Of a stretch of DNA of 64,000 nt, positions 26,395-38,842 are shown piece after piece. The position numbers and the translations under genes were made by a program. A model generated the notes under the pieces. It was given only the letters and a program-made list of their open reading frames with translations. It searched no databases and was not told the origin of the DNA. Each line of letters starts with the position of its first letter. Position 1 is the stretch's first letter. This DNA comes from Mytilus californianus (Eukaryota), in assembly GCF_021869535.1 (NCBI RefSeq), contig NW_026262745.1, forward strand, positions 59,706,001-59,770,000, read 5' to 3'.

Positions 26395-26715
26395 TTGACA
26401 TAGTTGCTTGTTTTTATAGAGATTAAGATTATAACACAATGTTAACTTCTGTACCCCAATTTTTGACATTTTTACCTATTATGTATGTTTGTTTTGCATT
26501 GTTGTCAATAAAATGGAATTTTATGCGAATGTCATAAGTGAGCGGTTTATCAAGCTATAAGACCAGGTTTAATTCATCAGTTTCTTTATACGAAAATGCC
26601 TGTACCAAGTGAGGAATATGACAGTTGTTTTCCATTCGTTCGATGTGTTTGAACGTTTGAGTTTGCCATTTGTTAATGAATTTCTATTTTGAATTTCCCT
26701 TGGAGTTCGTTATTT
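26395..26715 (-). mobile_element. Family C repeat (reverse orientation)
   Basis: Reverse complement of 3330-3620 (CCTGTACCAAGTGAGGAATATGACAGTTG...GAATTTCCCTTGGAGTTCG). Confidence 0.75.
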
Positions 26716-27128
26716 TTGTTATTTACTTTTTGCATATTTTACGAAAGATCTAGATCGATTGTTTTCTGCTATTTTACACATCAAAGCTACCTTAACTATT
26801 GATTACAAGATTTATAGTTTAACCCGATACCCCTCAATTGAAAGATTATTTTCAAATAATACATATTAACTGACTTCGAACCTGAATAACAAAATCTTTA
26901 AAAAAAATATCCTCTTTAACTTTCAGAATTATTTTTAAGGAAACACTCGCTTACTTCATTACAGTTAACACACTTTGACAAACACTATAAGCCAATACTT
27001 GTCAATTTACTAGCATATCATGTTTTACCGTTGGATTTACTGTGTTGTTGAAATATAATCCAATCTCCTTTGTTAGTCATGTTAACGTTAAAGTAGTTTT
27101 ATTACCACATTTTTCCCACTCATTACAG

Positions 27129-27330
27129 TCAAAATGGCACATAATATATCAATAGCTATGTATCGTTATATGTGCAAGAATATAGTAAGAATAGAAGATC
27201 ATATAAACAAATCAGATTGATTAACGCTGTTAAGGTCCGTTTGTCAAGTTTTAATCAATGGACATTATTACAAGTGAGTGGAAGCTTTGAAGAAGAGCAT
27301 GCTATGCAGAGAAGTTTATTATACATGTTA
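27129..27330 (+). pseudogene. cGLR relic (5' part of the NTase exon only)
   Basis: Acceptor CATTACAG (27121-27128) is followed, at the same 16-codon spacing as copy 2, by ...ISIAMYRYMCKNIVRIEDHI/KQIRLINAVK...SGSFEEEHAMQRS. Copy 2 reads ISRALYWYMCQHIVGTEDHVKQIRLLNAVR...SGSFGEGLEMRGS. Confidence 0.75.
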
Positions 27331-27651
27331 TATATAAGGTATGTAGATGAAGCTACCGAATAAAATGCGACAAATTTCTAGTGAAAAAAAACAACAACAA
27401 CATGTCCCAGTCTTAATTATTAATCATAAGTATACTAAGATTTTTGTTTCAATTAATGCATATTCACTGATCGATGAGTAGTATACCAATAACAATAAAA
27501 TCTATTACATAGGCATTTCACTTCCCGATACCAATAATCGAAGCATGAACAAAACAGCCTTTTATGTAATTTTTGTTATAATAATGTAAATATACAATCA
27601 AATGGTTTTAATTATGTAGCGAAACTATTCAATACTTTGGTAGATATCAAT

Positions 27652-27725
27652 TTGAATTGATTGATTGATTGATTGTTGGTTGCTTAACATCCAGTGGCAA
27701 ATATCTCATGCATGTTCAGAACGAT
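27652..27725 (-). mobile_element. SINE 3' tail fragment with (TGAT)n
   Basis: (TTGA)n followed by TTGTTGGTTGCTTAACATCCAGTGGCAAATATCTCATGCATG, a typical simple-repeat-tailed SINE end. Confidence 0.45.
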
Positions 27726-29477
27726 CACATGAATTGAAATCAAAGAGTACATACAAACTGGTATGAAAAAAAAGTACAAGTTACATCCGTTTAAATCGTG
27801 TTACAACAAGAGTTAACTTCAAACGAAAGTTTCAGTGAAAATGTTAATTTACTTTGAACTGTAAGCAATTGTTTTTTCACTTTTGATCAAAACCTTTCTA
27901 TCTCTGGTCATTCGGAATAAAAAAAAAACATTTAAAATAATAATAGTAAATGTCATGCAAACATGACGTGTGCTGACGATTCTGGTTTCAGGACTGTTGA
28001 TGTTCTACCTCACGCACTATAAACACATGATAAACAAGTGTTGTGCACTTTTTATTAGAACGTTTCAATCTCTTTTTATATGAAAAAGGGTGATGTGTAT
28101 TTAGAACAAAAGATTAAACCTAAGTTTTGCAGGATGTTTTTCTTTAAAATTAAGATTTATACAACAGTTAAAGTTATCCTTAGTCATCCTCGATGAAAGA
28201 TAAAGAAGTGGGTTTTTTTTTTCTCGCAGTAAAATTAATCAAACAAAAAAACATCGTTCTTGTTCTCGTCTACAAAAAAATCTCAGAGAAAAAGAGGATG
28301 CCTGACCCGTTGTGCCCAGTTAAATCGGCATATATAAAATTTGTATTACAAATTATGTATCGTTTCTGAAATTTAATAGAATGAGTGAAAGCATATACCT
28401 ACTAAATTTGTAAAGCCTGAATTATATCACTTCCTCTTTATCTTCATAGTGTACACTTAACTGTGAAAGTTCACTAAAAGCTTTAAAGAAATTTATTAGT
28501 TGTTCTTTCGAGGTTAACAAATTGTTGGATAGACAGCTAGATGGAAAAAGTAAAAAACGCGTACAACATCATTCGTATCCCGAATATTAAACGGTGGGAT
28601 GGTCTGAGAGTGTTAACACTTTGTGTACTACTAGCGATACTGTTGCACTATACTCGTTCATTATTTAAATCTGCTGTCATGTTCATATTTAACAAAACAC
28701 GTACTTTTTTGTTGTTCTGAAGTGAAAATGGTTTTTGAATTAGAAGATTATTTTGCACAACATGCACAAGGGGAAGCTTTGAAGATTGACGTAAATTTCT
28801 ACTGACAGATACTCAATATGTCCTTTTCTTAAATACTAATTATAAACGTCCTTTAAACAGGATGTTTTTTTTTTTATCTCGAAATGGGTTTAACATTGAG
28901 TTTGCTTAATAATTAAGTGTTAGGACTGTTGATTTTCTTCCGCATGTAAAGTAAACAAGTGTTTTGCACTTTTTATCAGGACTTTCACATCTATTTTTAT
29001 ATGAAAAGGAGGAAATATGTTTAGAACAAGAGATTTGAACTTCATTTTACAGGATGTTTTCTCTAAAAAAATTATAATAGAGATACAGTGATCTTGATAT
29101 ATTTATATATACTAGTGAATGAATTTTCGTCATAAATGATCATTTTGATATTAATATCATTTGAAAAGTCTACATTATAAATTATTCTGTCAACTTAAGT
29201 CTTTCAGTCAACTTTTTAGTCTTATCCACTACGGTAAATTCAGTAATTTTCATACACCGACATCAAAACGATGGTGTGCTCGGAAAAGGTCAATCACTGT
29301 ACGAATAACGATACTGTTGCATATTACTTGTTCATAATTTCAATTTTCAGTTGTGATCATATACAACATATCAAGTACATAATGCTGTGGTAATGTGGAA
29401 AGGGTTTCGAATGTTTCGAATAAAAAGTTCATTGTGCAAGCATTATTCATTCATGAAATGTTTAATGATTTAGCTTT

Positions 29478-29680
29478 ATACCATACCTGACAGTCTCATA
29501 CACAAGACACGTGTAAAAGTACTATACCTTACAGTCTTATACACCATACCTTACAGTCTCATACTGCATACCTTACAGTCTTATACACCATACATTTCAG
29601 TGTTATATACCATACTTTACTTTCTCATACACAATACCTTATAGTCTCATACACCAGAACACATGACACGTGTAAAAGTT
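29478..29680. repeat. 22-bp minisatellite (ATACCTTACAGTCTCATACACC-like)
   Basis: About 8 degenerate units; GACACGTGTAAAAGT occurs twice (29506-29520 and 29665-29679). Confidence 0.85.
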
Positions 29681-30453
29681 TACCTGGCTTGATCATATCA
29701 AAGAAATGATGATCAAAGAATGACAAAGATATGTAATTGATTTCAATCATACCATTGATTTCATATAACAGTCATTTGACACTTCAGGTTTGACTACAGG
29801 TTGAAAATAAAATCGAAAAATGTAAAACTAGTTTTATGGAAATACTTGCTCACTTTCTTATAGATAACAAATTTGTAAAACATAACAAGATGATATATGT
29901 CAATTCTCTAGCTGATCAAGTATTATCGTTGGGGTTGCTGTTTTGTTGATATATACTTCAATCTCCTTTTATTAGTGTACAATTGATATATTTAAACATT
30001 GTAATAATGTACAATACATATATTATTTTAAACAATAAAATTCATGGAAAAGGAAGCAATTAATAAAAACGTCTTGCTGAATTATGAATTGGAGGTAACC
30101 ATGCCCAAATTGAATTTGCATTCAAGTAGCAATGTAAGGGGAAATACTGTAAATCAATGATTTTTGGCATTAAAAACATTCCACAGAAGTCAATGATTCG
30201 ATTGTGAGCTTCATAATTGTATGTTTGTGGAAAACTAATTGATACAGTAGCCGTATTATATATAATCATAGATGAGGAGTTTTTTTAAGAGGTAACAAAT
30301 ATGTAACCATGATGATAAAATTACATTTTAACATTTTTAACATGGTTAGAAATCAACAAAATTATTCAATTTATTTAATGCATCATAGATTTATATATTA
30401 AGTAGATTTAAATGTAAATCAGTTATGGATAATGCATATTTGAAATGTTTTTG

Positions 30454-30559
30454 TGTCGTATAGCACACCGCGAGGTGTCAGGAATGATCGAATAAAAAAC
30501 CGACAGTAGGAGGGTCTTTCTGTGGACATTCCTGACACACCAGGATGTGTTATACGACA
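30454..30559. mobile_element. Palindromic MITE
   Basis: Arms TGTCGTATAGCACAC..GGTGTCAGGAATG and CATTCCTGACACACC..GATGTGTTATACGACA. Confidence 0.75.
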
Positions 30560-33500
30560 AGAATAAACTTAAAATGTGCATTACCTAATTTATTTACCTT
30601 CAAAAAATATTCTTTTCGGCAAAAGATTTGCTGCAAATTGTAATCCATTCTATCGACACATTAGGTTAGGATATTCTTTTCTATTCCGATTTGATAAAAC
30701 CTTGCCCAACGGCTTAATTAAATAAAACTCAATACTCAAGATTTAAAACAGTTAGTTATCATTGTCCAGTTACATTTAAATGTTACTATACATGCATAAA
30801 TTAAGAAACAAATAAATTGTTGCCGCGTTTACAAAATAGAAGTCACTTGGAAAGATAGTTATTATGTTAACTTTTAAAAAGAAATGTCATTCTTTTTTCT
30901 GTTGTTTCATGACATTTTTACTACAGAAAAGTGGATTATTTTGATAATAATTTCCAACTATTCAGAATAACCGTTTCCTCCATTTTGTCTGGCAATACTA
31001 TTTTTTTTATTATAAATTGCGAAACAGGATGAAAAATTTATAACCCCCTCCCTATTAATTTACGTGGCTGTTCACCTATAGGAAAATGAAAATAATTGAT
31101 AATTTATGTATGTGTAAAGATTAAGGTATATATAATTGTAAAACAATCTCCAACTGGAACAAAGAAAGCACAGAATGGTAATGTACATGTAGCACGAATA
31201 ACGTACATCTATGAATGTAGGTCTTAGTCCTTTTTCCATTAAGGTGTTAATTAACACGATTGTATACTTCTGGGGCTAGCTTTAAATCCTACAGATTCAT
31301 GTGAAAACTTTTGACTTATAAAAGTGTTAAGAAAAGTTTTGCATTATTAAATATATTCCACATAACGTCCATTTATTGTAGCGATAAAGTAACAAAATTT
31401 CACATTATTTGTGTATTACCGAAGTGTTTTCGTTTAATAAGTATGTCAATCTTTTCATATGAAAACACAGATTGTATCTGCCTATAATTTTAAAAGACTA
31501 TTAAAGATGGATTATTGTACTGTAAACAAATACTGAACTCCGAGGAAAATTCAAAAAGGAAAGTCCCTAGTCCACCCCTGATTGAAAAATCAGACGATTT
31601 AAATAATTAATAAATTTAACAAACTGCATCAGGAAAACAGTGATCCGACAGAGGTAAGTTTTTTTTATGTATTGAAGCACATTTCATTCAAAATTGGTAT
31701 TGTTCGGGTTGATTCTTCAAACGAATGACGGTTCGTTCTAGAAGGAAAAAACTTCATAAAGGTATATAATGCACTGGAAAGTATAAATAATGTATCATGT
31801 CATCTCTATAGCTTAACACAAAAGTAAGGATAACTTATTACTTATTGTGTGAATGAAACAGCCAAATAATATGTTAAGATATTCATATTTAAAAATAATT
31901 CTCTTTCTTGTATTACAGAAACGTATATGAATACAAAGTTTTTCTGATTATTCGTATCAACATGATCAAGATAGGGAAAAAATGTGCAATCATGTCCTGT
32001 AAACTGTCGGAATAACGAGGTTTGAGGGCGTATGATACAGTTACAGTGGAGGTTATGACGTTGCTAAGGTCAAATGTTATTTTTTCGCGACGTCAAACTG
32101 TGACATATCGGGAAAAGATGCATTTTTCGAGGAATTTGAATCATTAGCTTGAAAACGAGTACACAGACCCCTCTTTTGTAAGGAAGATATTCCAAACCAT
32201 TTGAAAAAAATCCGCATTTGTTTATCTTATGAAACAAAACAATTAAGTATATCTCTATAAAGGATAGAAATATGAAACACATCGAAATGTCAAGTAAATG
32301 GCTAAAAATTCGACCCAATTTATCTCTTAAATTTAGCACATGAAGGTATATTTTAACAACATATTTGGGTCAAGTAAGTGAAAAATTGCTTGTATGCAAA
32401 TTTTTGTAAAAAAAATCCCAGTAGGATTAAAACTGTATTCTATACACTTAAACGGCAATTGTACATTTTTAAAGCAGCTAACTACTTGTACTTTAATTGT
32501 GATGAATATCTATATAAACTACTCAGAATTTATGACAAGTTATTGTTTAACATTGTGCAAGTGTCATTGTTTTGTGTTCAGAGGAAAAATGAAATGAACG
32601 CAGATTTCACGGAAAACCTCCCATTTGCATATCTTCCTCAACAAACTCAACAAGATGACAGGTAATGGTTAAACATGTATTGTAATTTTATATATATTAC
32701 GTTTTATATTGTAACGTTCTGTTTTCACATGAGAAATTGTGATACAAGATAATCTTTGTAATAGAAATATATGTTCAGGTACAAACGAGACAGGGTTGTT
32801 TTATTAAATCGATATCGAAATAAATAATAAAAATTGGAAAATTGTAGTAACGAAAAAGTAATCTCATTATTCAAAATAGAAAAAGAAGAAAAAAAATGAA
32901 TAATTTCCTGGGAAGATTATGTTTATCTATATTGGGTTTTTTATTGAAAAAGTTTGATATAAGATATATATGAAACAATCAAAATTTGGAATGCTGTGAA
33001 GACAAACACATTTTAAATCTGAGTGTATGTACTAATATATTAATATTATTACTGAATTAAAGTATATAATTTTCCCCGGATTGCCTGATAGATCTAAATG
33101 GAAAAAAAACTTTAAGGGGTGCGCCCCTATGTACAGTGTAAGCCGGTGATTATCGACGTCTGCAGACACATTCAGGTCTATTTTTAGTTATTCCCAAGTA
33201 TCAATAGAATTGTAGCGCTTATACCACTCCTTTTCACAACTTAATTCGAATTTTCGTGTACAACCTTTTTATTTGAGTTGAGAGTTATACTTGAGTGTTG
33301 CTTTTATTTGCACCACGTTTTAAATATACTTAGACGGCAGGTGTATAATAACTTAACATTATTTTTCTTTTTCTGTTTTAACATGAAAAATTGAAACTGA
33401 AAGAACTTTATATGAACATAGTATACACATAAAAGTTAAAAGCGGTGACAGTTTAAGTTTAAGATTGAGTTGAATTTCGATGAGACACAACGAAAAATGT

Positions 33501-34711
33501 TCTAAAGAACCAGTGCAAAAATGAATATTAAATATTGAAATTATATTGCCAAAAGAGAAGTCTTAAAATACATATAACACGTTTTTGTGCGTGTGAAGCA
33601 CTTTTTTGGATTAACCTTTATCAGAAACGCGTTAGCTTTCTCAATTGAATTGTTTCATATTTTTCGTGTCGGGATCTTTTATAGCCGGCCATACGGAATG
33701 GGTTTTTCTCCTTGTTGAAGGCCGTACGGTTTTTTATTTTTATAAAAAGAAATGAAACGATCGATATCAAAGTTATTTTTTTGTTTGTTACTCTATCAAT
33801 GTTTTTTGTAAAAGATTGTATGAAAAAGTATTGATTCTGAGAATTTAACACATATATTTTAAATAAACGCATGTGTGCGTTAACATTGCCATATCTATTG
33901 AATCGTAGTATTAATTTGTGAGTGTGTTTGTAAAGAAATGATATCGCAATGACATTTAAAAAGAAATTAAAATGAAATCGAATACACAGCAGATATGATT
34001 ATATCTTCGTAAAACTATGCTGTTTAAAAGAAGTATCAATGCGACTCTCAATTAGAAAAAGACAAGTTCAGGATTGATGAGATCTACATCTTGCTATAGC
34101 AGTAAAATATTTATAATTGTATTGAATGCCAACACACAAGCACTTTTAGAGTCTGCTTAATTGAACTTGCAACCAATGTGCAATTCTCAGACGACAAAAA
34201 AAATCGTTAACAAGATACATTTTTTTGTTGTGCATTAACTGATTTTGTGTCATGGATGTGATACCCAATATCCTTTGTTTTTCTATTACATGTAAAAAAT
34301 TAACATTCGTTTGTATACATATATTGATAATGTTGGGTAATTTATTTTTCTTAGAGGCCAAGTCCAATTCATCGAAATTCTTCGACTATATGTTGTATAA
34401 ACGTGAAAAGGGGTATGATATACATATTTATCGGCAATTTGTACATTTTCCTTTTGATCTTACTGGCTTATAATTTTCTATATCATGGACAGGACCTGAT
34501 ACTTTAAAATATTAGGCAATGACATCACATAACAGGGCAGCAACGTCACGTGTTCATGTTCATCCGTGTCAATTTATCAAAGAAATGCAAGCGACTTTAT
34601 TCATACAAACGAACAACTATCACAACGTTTTGAACGCGTAAAAGTAGTTTTATTGACAAATTCATTCTATAAAATATTCTCAACAAAAAACATACAAATT
34701 GCCGATAAAAA

Positions 34712-34835
34712 AGAATAATGGCAATTTATATTTTGATACTGGCTTCATTAACTCAAATATCAGCTCGCCCTAACGTGCTCGCTTGATATTCTTGCTGATA
34801 AAGTCAGTATCAAAAAACAAAAATGCCATTATTCT
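34712..34835. mobile_element. Palindromic MITE with GCTCGC-type central motif
   Basis: Arms AGAATAATGGCA...TTTTGATACTGGCTT and AAGTCAGTATCAAAA...TGCCATTATTCT; centre GCTCGCCCTAACGTGCTCGC. Confidence 0.75.
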
Positions 34836-35097
34836 ATATTATAAAAGTACAAACTAATGAAATTTTGGGCTCAAATATACAAATCAAATGTTTTTTTCTT
34901 TTATATCTTATTAAAAAACCATTAATGCATATATCAATTTCAATTTTGTATAGACAATAATAACTATAAGATTTAAATCAAAACTAGTATCCTGTATCCT
35001 GTGTAAAGATTATCATTAAAAATCTTTCTGTTGTCCATATTAGTACACTTCTATGACAATTGGTTCCTAAGGATGTTTTGCCTAGAACCTACTTACT

Positions 35098-35205
35098 ATA
35101 AAAAGTAAAACGATAAAAATACCGAACTCCAAGGAAAATTCAAACAAAAAGTTCCTTAACAAATTGCAAAAGCTCAAACACGTCAAACGAAACGATAGTT
35201 TATAC
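35098..35205 (+). mobile_element. Family C repeat fragment
   Basis: AAAAAGTAAAACGATAAAAATACCGAACTCCAAGGAAAATTCAAAC matches the start of 3330. Confidence 0.7.
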
Positions 35206-35209
35206 GGAA

Positions 35210-35345
35210 TATCTATCAACAACGTTTTGTTAGCTTCCGATGTCCTTTTTTAGTAAAAAAAAATACGAGACGTTTTTTGACAAAACCCTGGTTCATCAAC
35301 TTTGTGCTAAGACACTGGTGACGTTTTACAAAATCTGAGTAGACT
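35210..35345 (-). mobile_element. Penelope-like RT C-terminal fragment
   Basis: Minus strand YSDFVKRHQCLSTKLMNQGFVKKRL, comparable to YHDFLDRGLLLTRKLLNQ at 58580-58640. Confidence 0.55.
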
Positions 35346-36876
35346 ATTGGACTGGCTGAAGATAAGAAACAAATTGACTTCATTCCATTCGAGTATTTAT
35401 ATTTGATTAGCTTTATTAGGTTTATTTTCAAACTACTGATTGTAATTTTAAGTGTAAATTCATATTTGACTTTTCTCTTAAAGTTAAATCTCGTTTATCG
35501 ATTTTATACATTCTTTAGAATTTTGAATAACAATTTGGTTTTTTAGAGTCAATAATTTTAAAAAATTATTTACCAAAATCTAGCTGCATTTAACAAAATA
35601 GACAATTTCTCACTTTTTATAGTGTTTAAAATTACTTTTTTTGCTTTAAATTACATAAAAATTAAGAAATAATACATTCATTTGGTAACGTTGCTTAAGT
35701 ATTGCAATAGTGAAATTATTACTTTCTTTATTTAAAAGGAAAATCAAATGATACTTAATTAAATACCACTTGCACTTGTTTACCTGGTCGACAAACAGGA
35801 GGGACGGGGTTGGAATGGCGAATGTGTAGTGACTTAGATATATAATATTAATATTCATCATAAATTATAAATGATAAAGATTTTATTGTCAATTTTCTTT
35901 GTTCACATGTTAGACTATTGATATCAGAAGGAATTTCTATTTGTAATTTTTTTATCAATATACTTGACACATCAGAGCGTGGTTTACAATCCAGTTCAAG
36001 TTCGAGATTATCTTAAAGTTATAGTGTTTTTGTTTTAAATTGATGTCAGAGTTAAAGTTGAAATAATTCTTTGATTTGTTGCTGAAAAGCTTATGTCGAA
36101 GTTTAGGTAAGAGTTGCATTGCTAGTGTACAAGTTCTAATCAAAATTCTATTGAACGGTTAAGTTGAATGGTAAGTTCAAAATCTTGAGGCAAAAATGAT
36201 GACGAGCTCTTCTATCGAAATAATAGTAAAATCACTTTCAAAGCGGTGATTGAAGACTATAATAACAAACTAGCTTCATGTATCTTTCCTTAAAAAAATA
36301 TAGCAAGAGAATAGGTGACTGATTTAATGCTCCAGATTGTGATAAATGAAACAAGAATAAAAAAAGAGCGGGAACGTACCATAGTTGCACTAAAATTAGT
36401 AGTGCAATAACAAGAAACAAACTCGTAGCCAAACAAACAATGAGAAACTAAATTTCAGACTGAACAACACTAAAACCCAGGGACGAATTCAGGCGAACTG
36501 GACGAATCATAGTTTCTGTTTCACTTATGTCATCCGTTGTGTTACTATAAACAAGAATAATTAGAAATTATAGTGCCATGCACATGGAAGTTAACCTTTT
36601 CTGTCATTGAGATATACCATATCTATCAATTCTGTAAATTAAAAAAAATATAAAATATTCAAATATCAATACCAACTGCGGCAATATTAAGGCAGGCATT
36701 CAAAGATAAAAGTGCTGATACACCTGTTGTGTTGTTTTCACTGTTTCTATGATTAAGATCCATATTTTAGATTCAATAACATATATGCCACACATTAAAC
36801 GTAAATTAAATTGTTAAATACTTAAAGGAAGTGTTAAGATAATTTCTGTTTTCTTTGTTAATATTTCTTATTACAG

Positions 36877-38630
36877 ACCACCCAACACAACAAATATCAA
36901 GAGCTCTATATTGGTATATGTGTCAACATATAGTGGGTACCGAAGACCATGTAAAACAAATCAGGTTGTTGAACGCGGTCAGGGATAATCTGTCAAATAA
37001 CAAGGATGACATTAGTATAACAAGTGGAAGTTTCGGGGAAGGTCTTGAGATGAGAGGCAGTGATTTAGATATGATGTTTGTTGAAAGAAATGTGGAGGTT
37101 TATGATGTGAAGCCCCGTTTTCATCCAAATATTTCATATCTTTCAATGAATACAGACGATGTAAAACCTGGTTTTACTCAGCTGAGACTGGAGTATAGTA
37201 ATAGACAAACTTTATATGACAATTGTGTTAAATTCGCCGATAACCATTATCTATCCAGCACATTATGGAAACAGCGGTATAGTTCCATTTGTGACAGCTT
37301 TATAATTCATGGACCGTGTTTATCTGACAAATATGGATTATCAGACACGGCCGAAAGCCTACATTGTAAAACGTGGTTTCCACCTGCAGTACAATGGATA
37401 AAAAGATCAAATAACTCATGGCCAGGTTATAATGTCAAACAAAGTATTTTAAAACACGGAGTCCTTTTTGTACCAATCGGAGTGAAAGGATCACAAAAAG
37501 AGGATCTAGAATGGCGGATATCATTTTCCATCGGTGAAAAACTTTTAATAAATACCTTTACACATACTCAATTATTATGCTATGCTCTAATGAAAATCAT
37601 TTTGAAAGATATAATAGCTACTTTCACCGAATGTGAAGAATTGCTCTGCTCGTATTTCATAAAAACTATTCTTTTCTGGATCTCTGAAGAACTGCCACAA
37701 TCCGCATGGAAACCTGACAAACTTATACCTTGTTTTATGCAATGTTTTAGCAGACTTATCTATTGCGTTGAGTATTCAGTTTGTTTGCATTACTTCATAC
37801 CAGAGAACAATATGTTTGAGAATAAAATTTACGGCCATGCTCGTAAAATTCTTTTAGAAAAACTATACACCTTGCATAGTTACGGTTGGCGATGCATTCT
37901 TTTTTCAAACCAAGTATCCAATTTTCCAGCATCAATGCGATATATTAACAAAGAACATCACCGAGTGTATCTAAAGGAAATTGAGAGAACGGCCACGTCT
38001 TTTTTATTCCGTTGTGCCAATTGCTTTTTCCTTCAGTGTTATCATTGTAATAACTTATTGCAGTGTTCTGCGTATAATAGAGGGATACAAAAGACAGTAT
38101 CATGTAACCAGTCTTCAATAAAATACTTGTATACATACTACATCTCAAAGATGTGTTCAGTGCTTGCCCAGTCTATACCATTAAACACTGCATACAGAAA
38201 CAATAAATACCAATACCAACAGTACAAATCATGTCTTAGTTGTCTGCTACAGAACATATATCATGACGCTGTATCTGGATGGCTGATGATAGCTTCGTTA
38301 TTCTACAAGACAAAACAATACACCAAAGCTTTATGTATTATTATGTATTCTATATCGAAATGTACGTTTGAAAAGCTGTACGCCTTTTGTAAGATAACTA
38401 AAATTCATCAAAGCTTTTTAAAACTGATATCACTCCAACAGAAGAATAATGTCAATTTATTAAAATTAATTTTTGTAGATGACATAGTATTTACTGATAG
38501 CTCTGTATTGATACCAGATGAGTTAATATTAAAGTTGGAGGATACAAAGCTTGTGAATCCATCTTTAGCTTATGCGTATTTCCTTAATTTTCTTTGTCAT
38601 TATCATCTCAATAATGTCAGAAAATGTTAG
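36877..38630 (+). CDS. cGAS-like receptor (cGLR/Mab-21 nucleotidyltransferase), copy 2; NTase and Mab-21 C-lobe open, C-terminal tail truncated
   Basis: 591-aa ORF after the acceptor TTACAG (36871-36876). Catalytic GSFGEGLEMRGSDLDMM, candidate third acidic residue in HGPCLSDKYGLSDTAESLHCK, plus EWRISFSIGEKLL, SYFIKTILFWISEE and LHYFIPENNMF. The start could be the Met of YMCQH or lie in an unidentified upstream exon. Confidence 0.88.
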
Positions 38631-38842
38631 AATACTTTCGAAGATCTACAACATATTATAGATAAAAAAAATATTTCATGACAGATCGGAGTATGATAGA
38701 TGCATTTTATTCTCTTCTTGGTGTTGCTTTGCAGATATTAGGTGACATTGAATCTGTACGATAGGCGTTTTTACAATCTGCTGAATTATACAAGAACCCA
38801 TCTTGTAAATCTGCCAAAAAGGTAATTTTGTTAATTAGTTAA
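38631..38842 (+). pseudogene. Disrupted C-terminal tail of cGLR copy 2
   Basis: Homology continues past TAG 38628-30: NTFEDLQHIIDK, a frameshift in the A8 run (38664-71), YFMTDR...YSLLGVALQILGDIESVR*AFLQSAEL with a second TAG at 38762-64, and a natural TAA at 38840-42. Confidence 0.8.

Noticed and set aside
31620-31660. Upstream exon of cGLR copy 2 (CAGAG|GTAAGT donor)
   Set aside because: A good donor consensus, but no start or acceptor can be supported, and it lies 5 kb away; RNA data would be needed.
37945-38148. Antisense 67-aa ORF
   Set aside because: Shadow of the cGLR coding strand.
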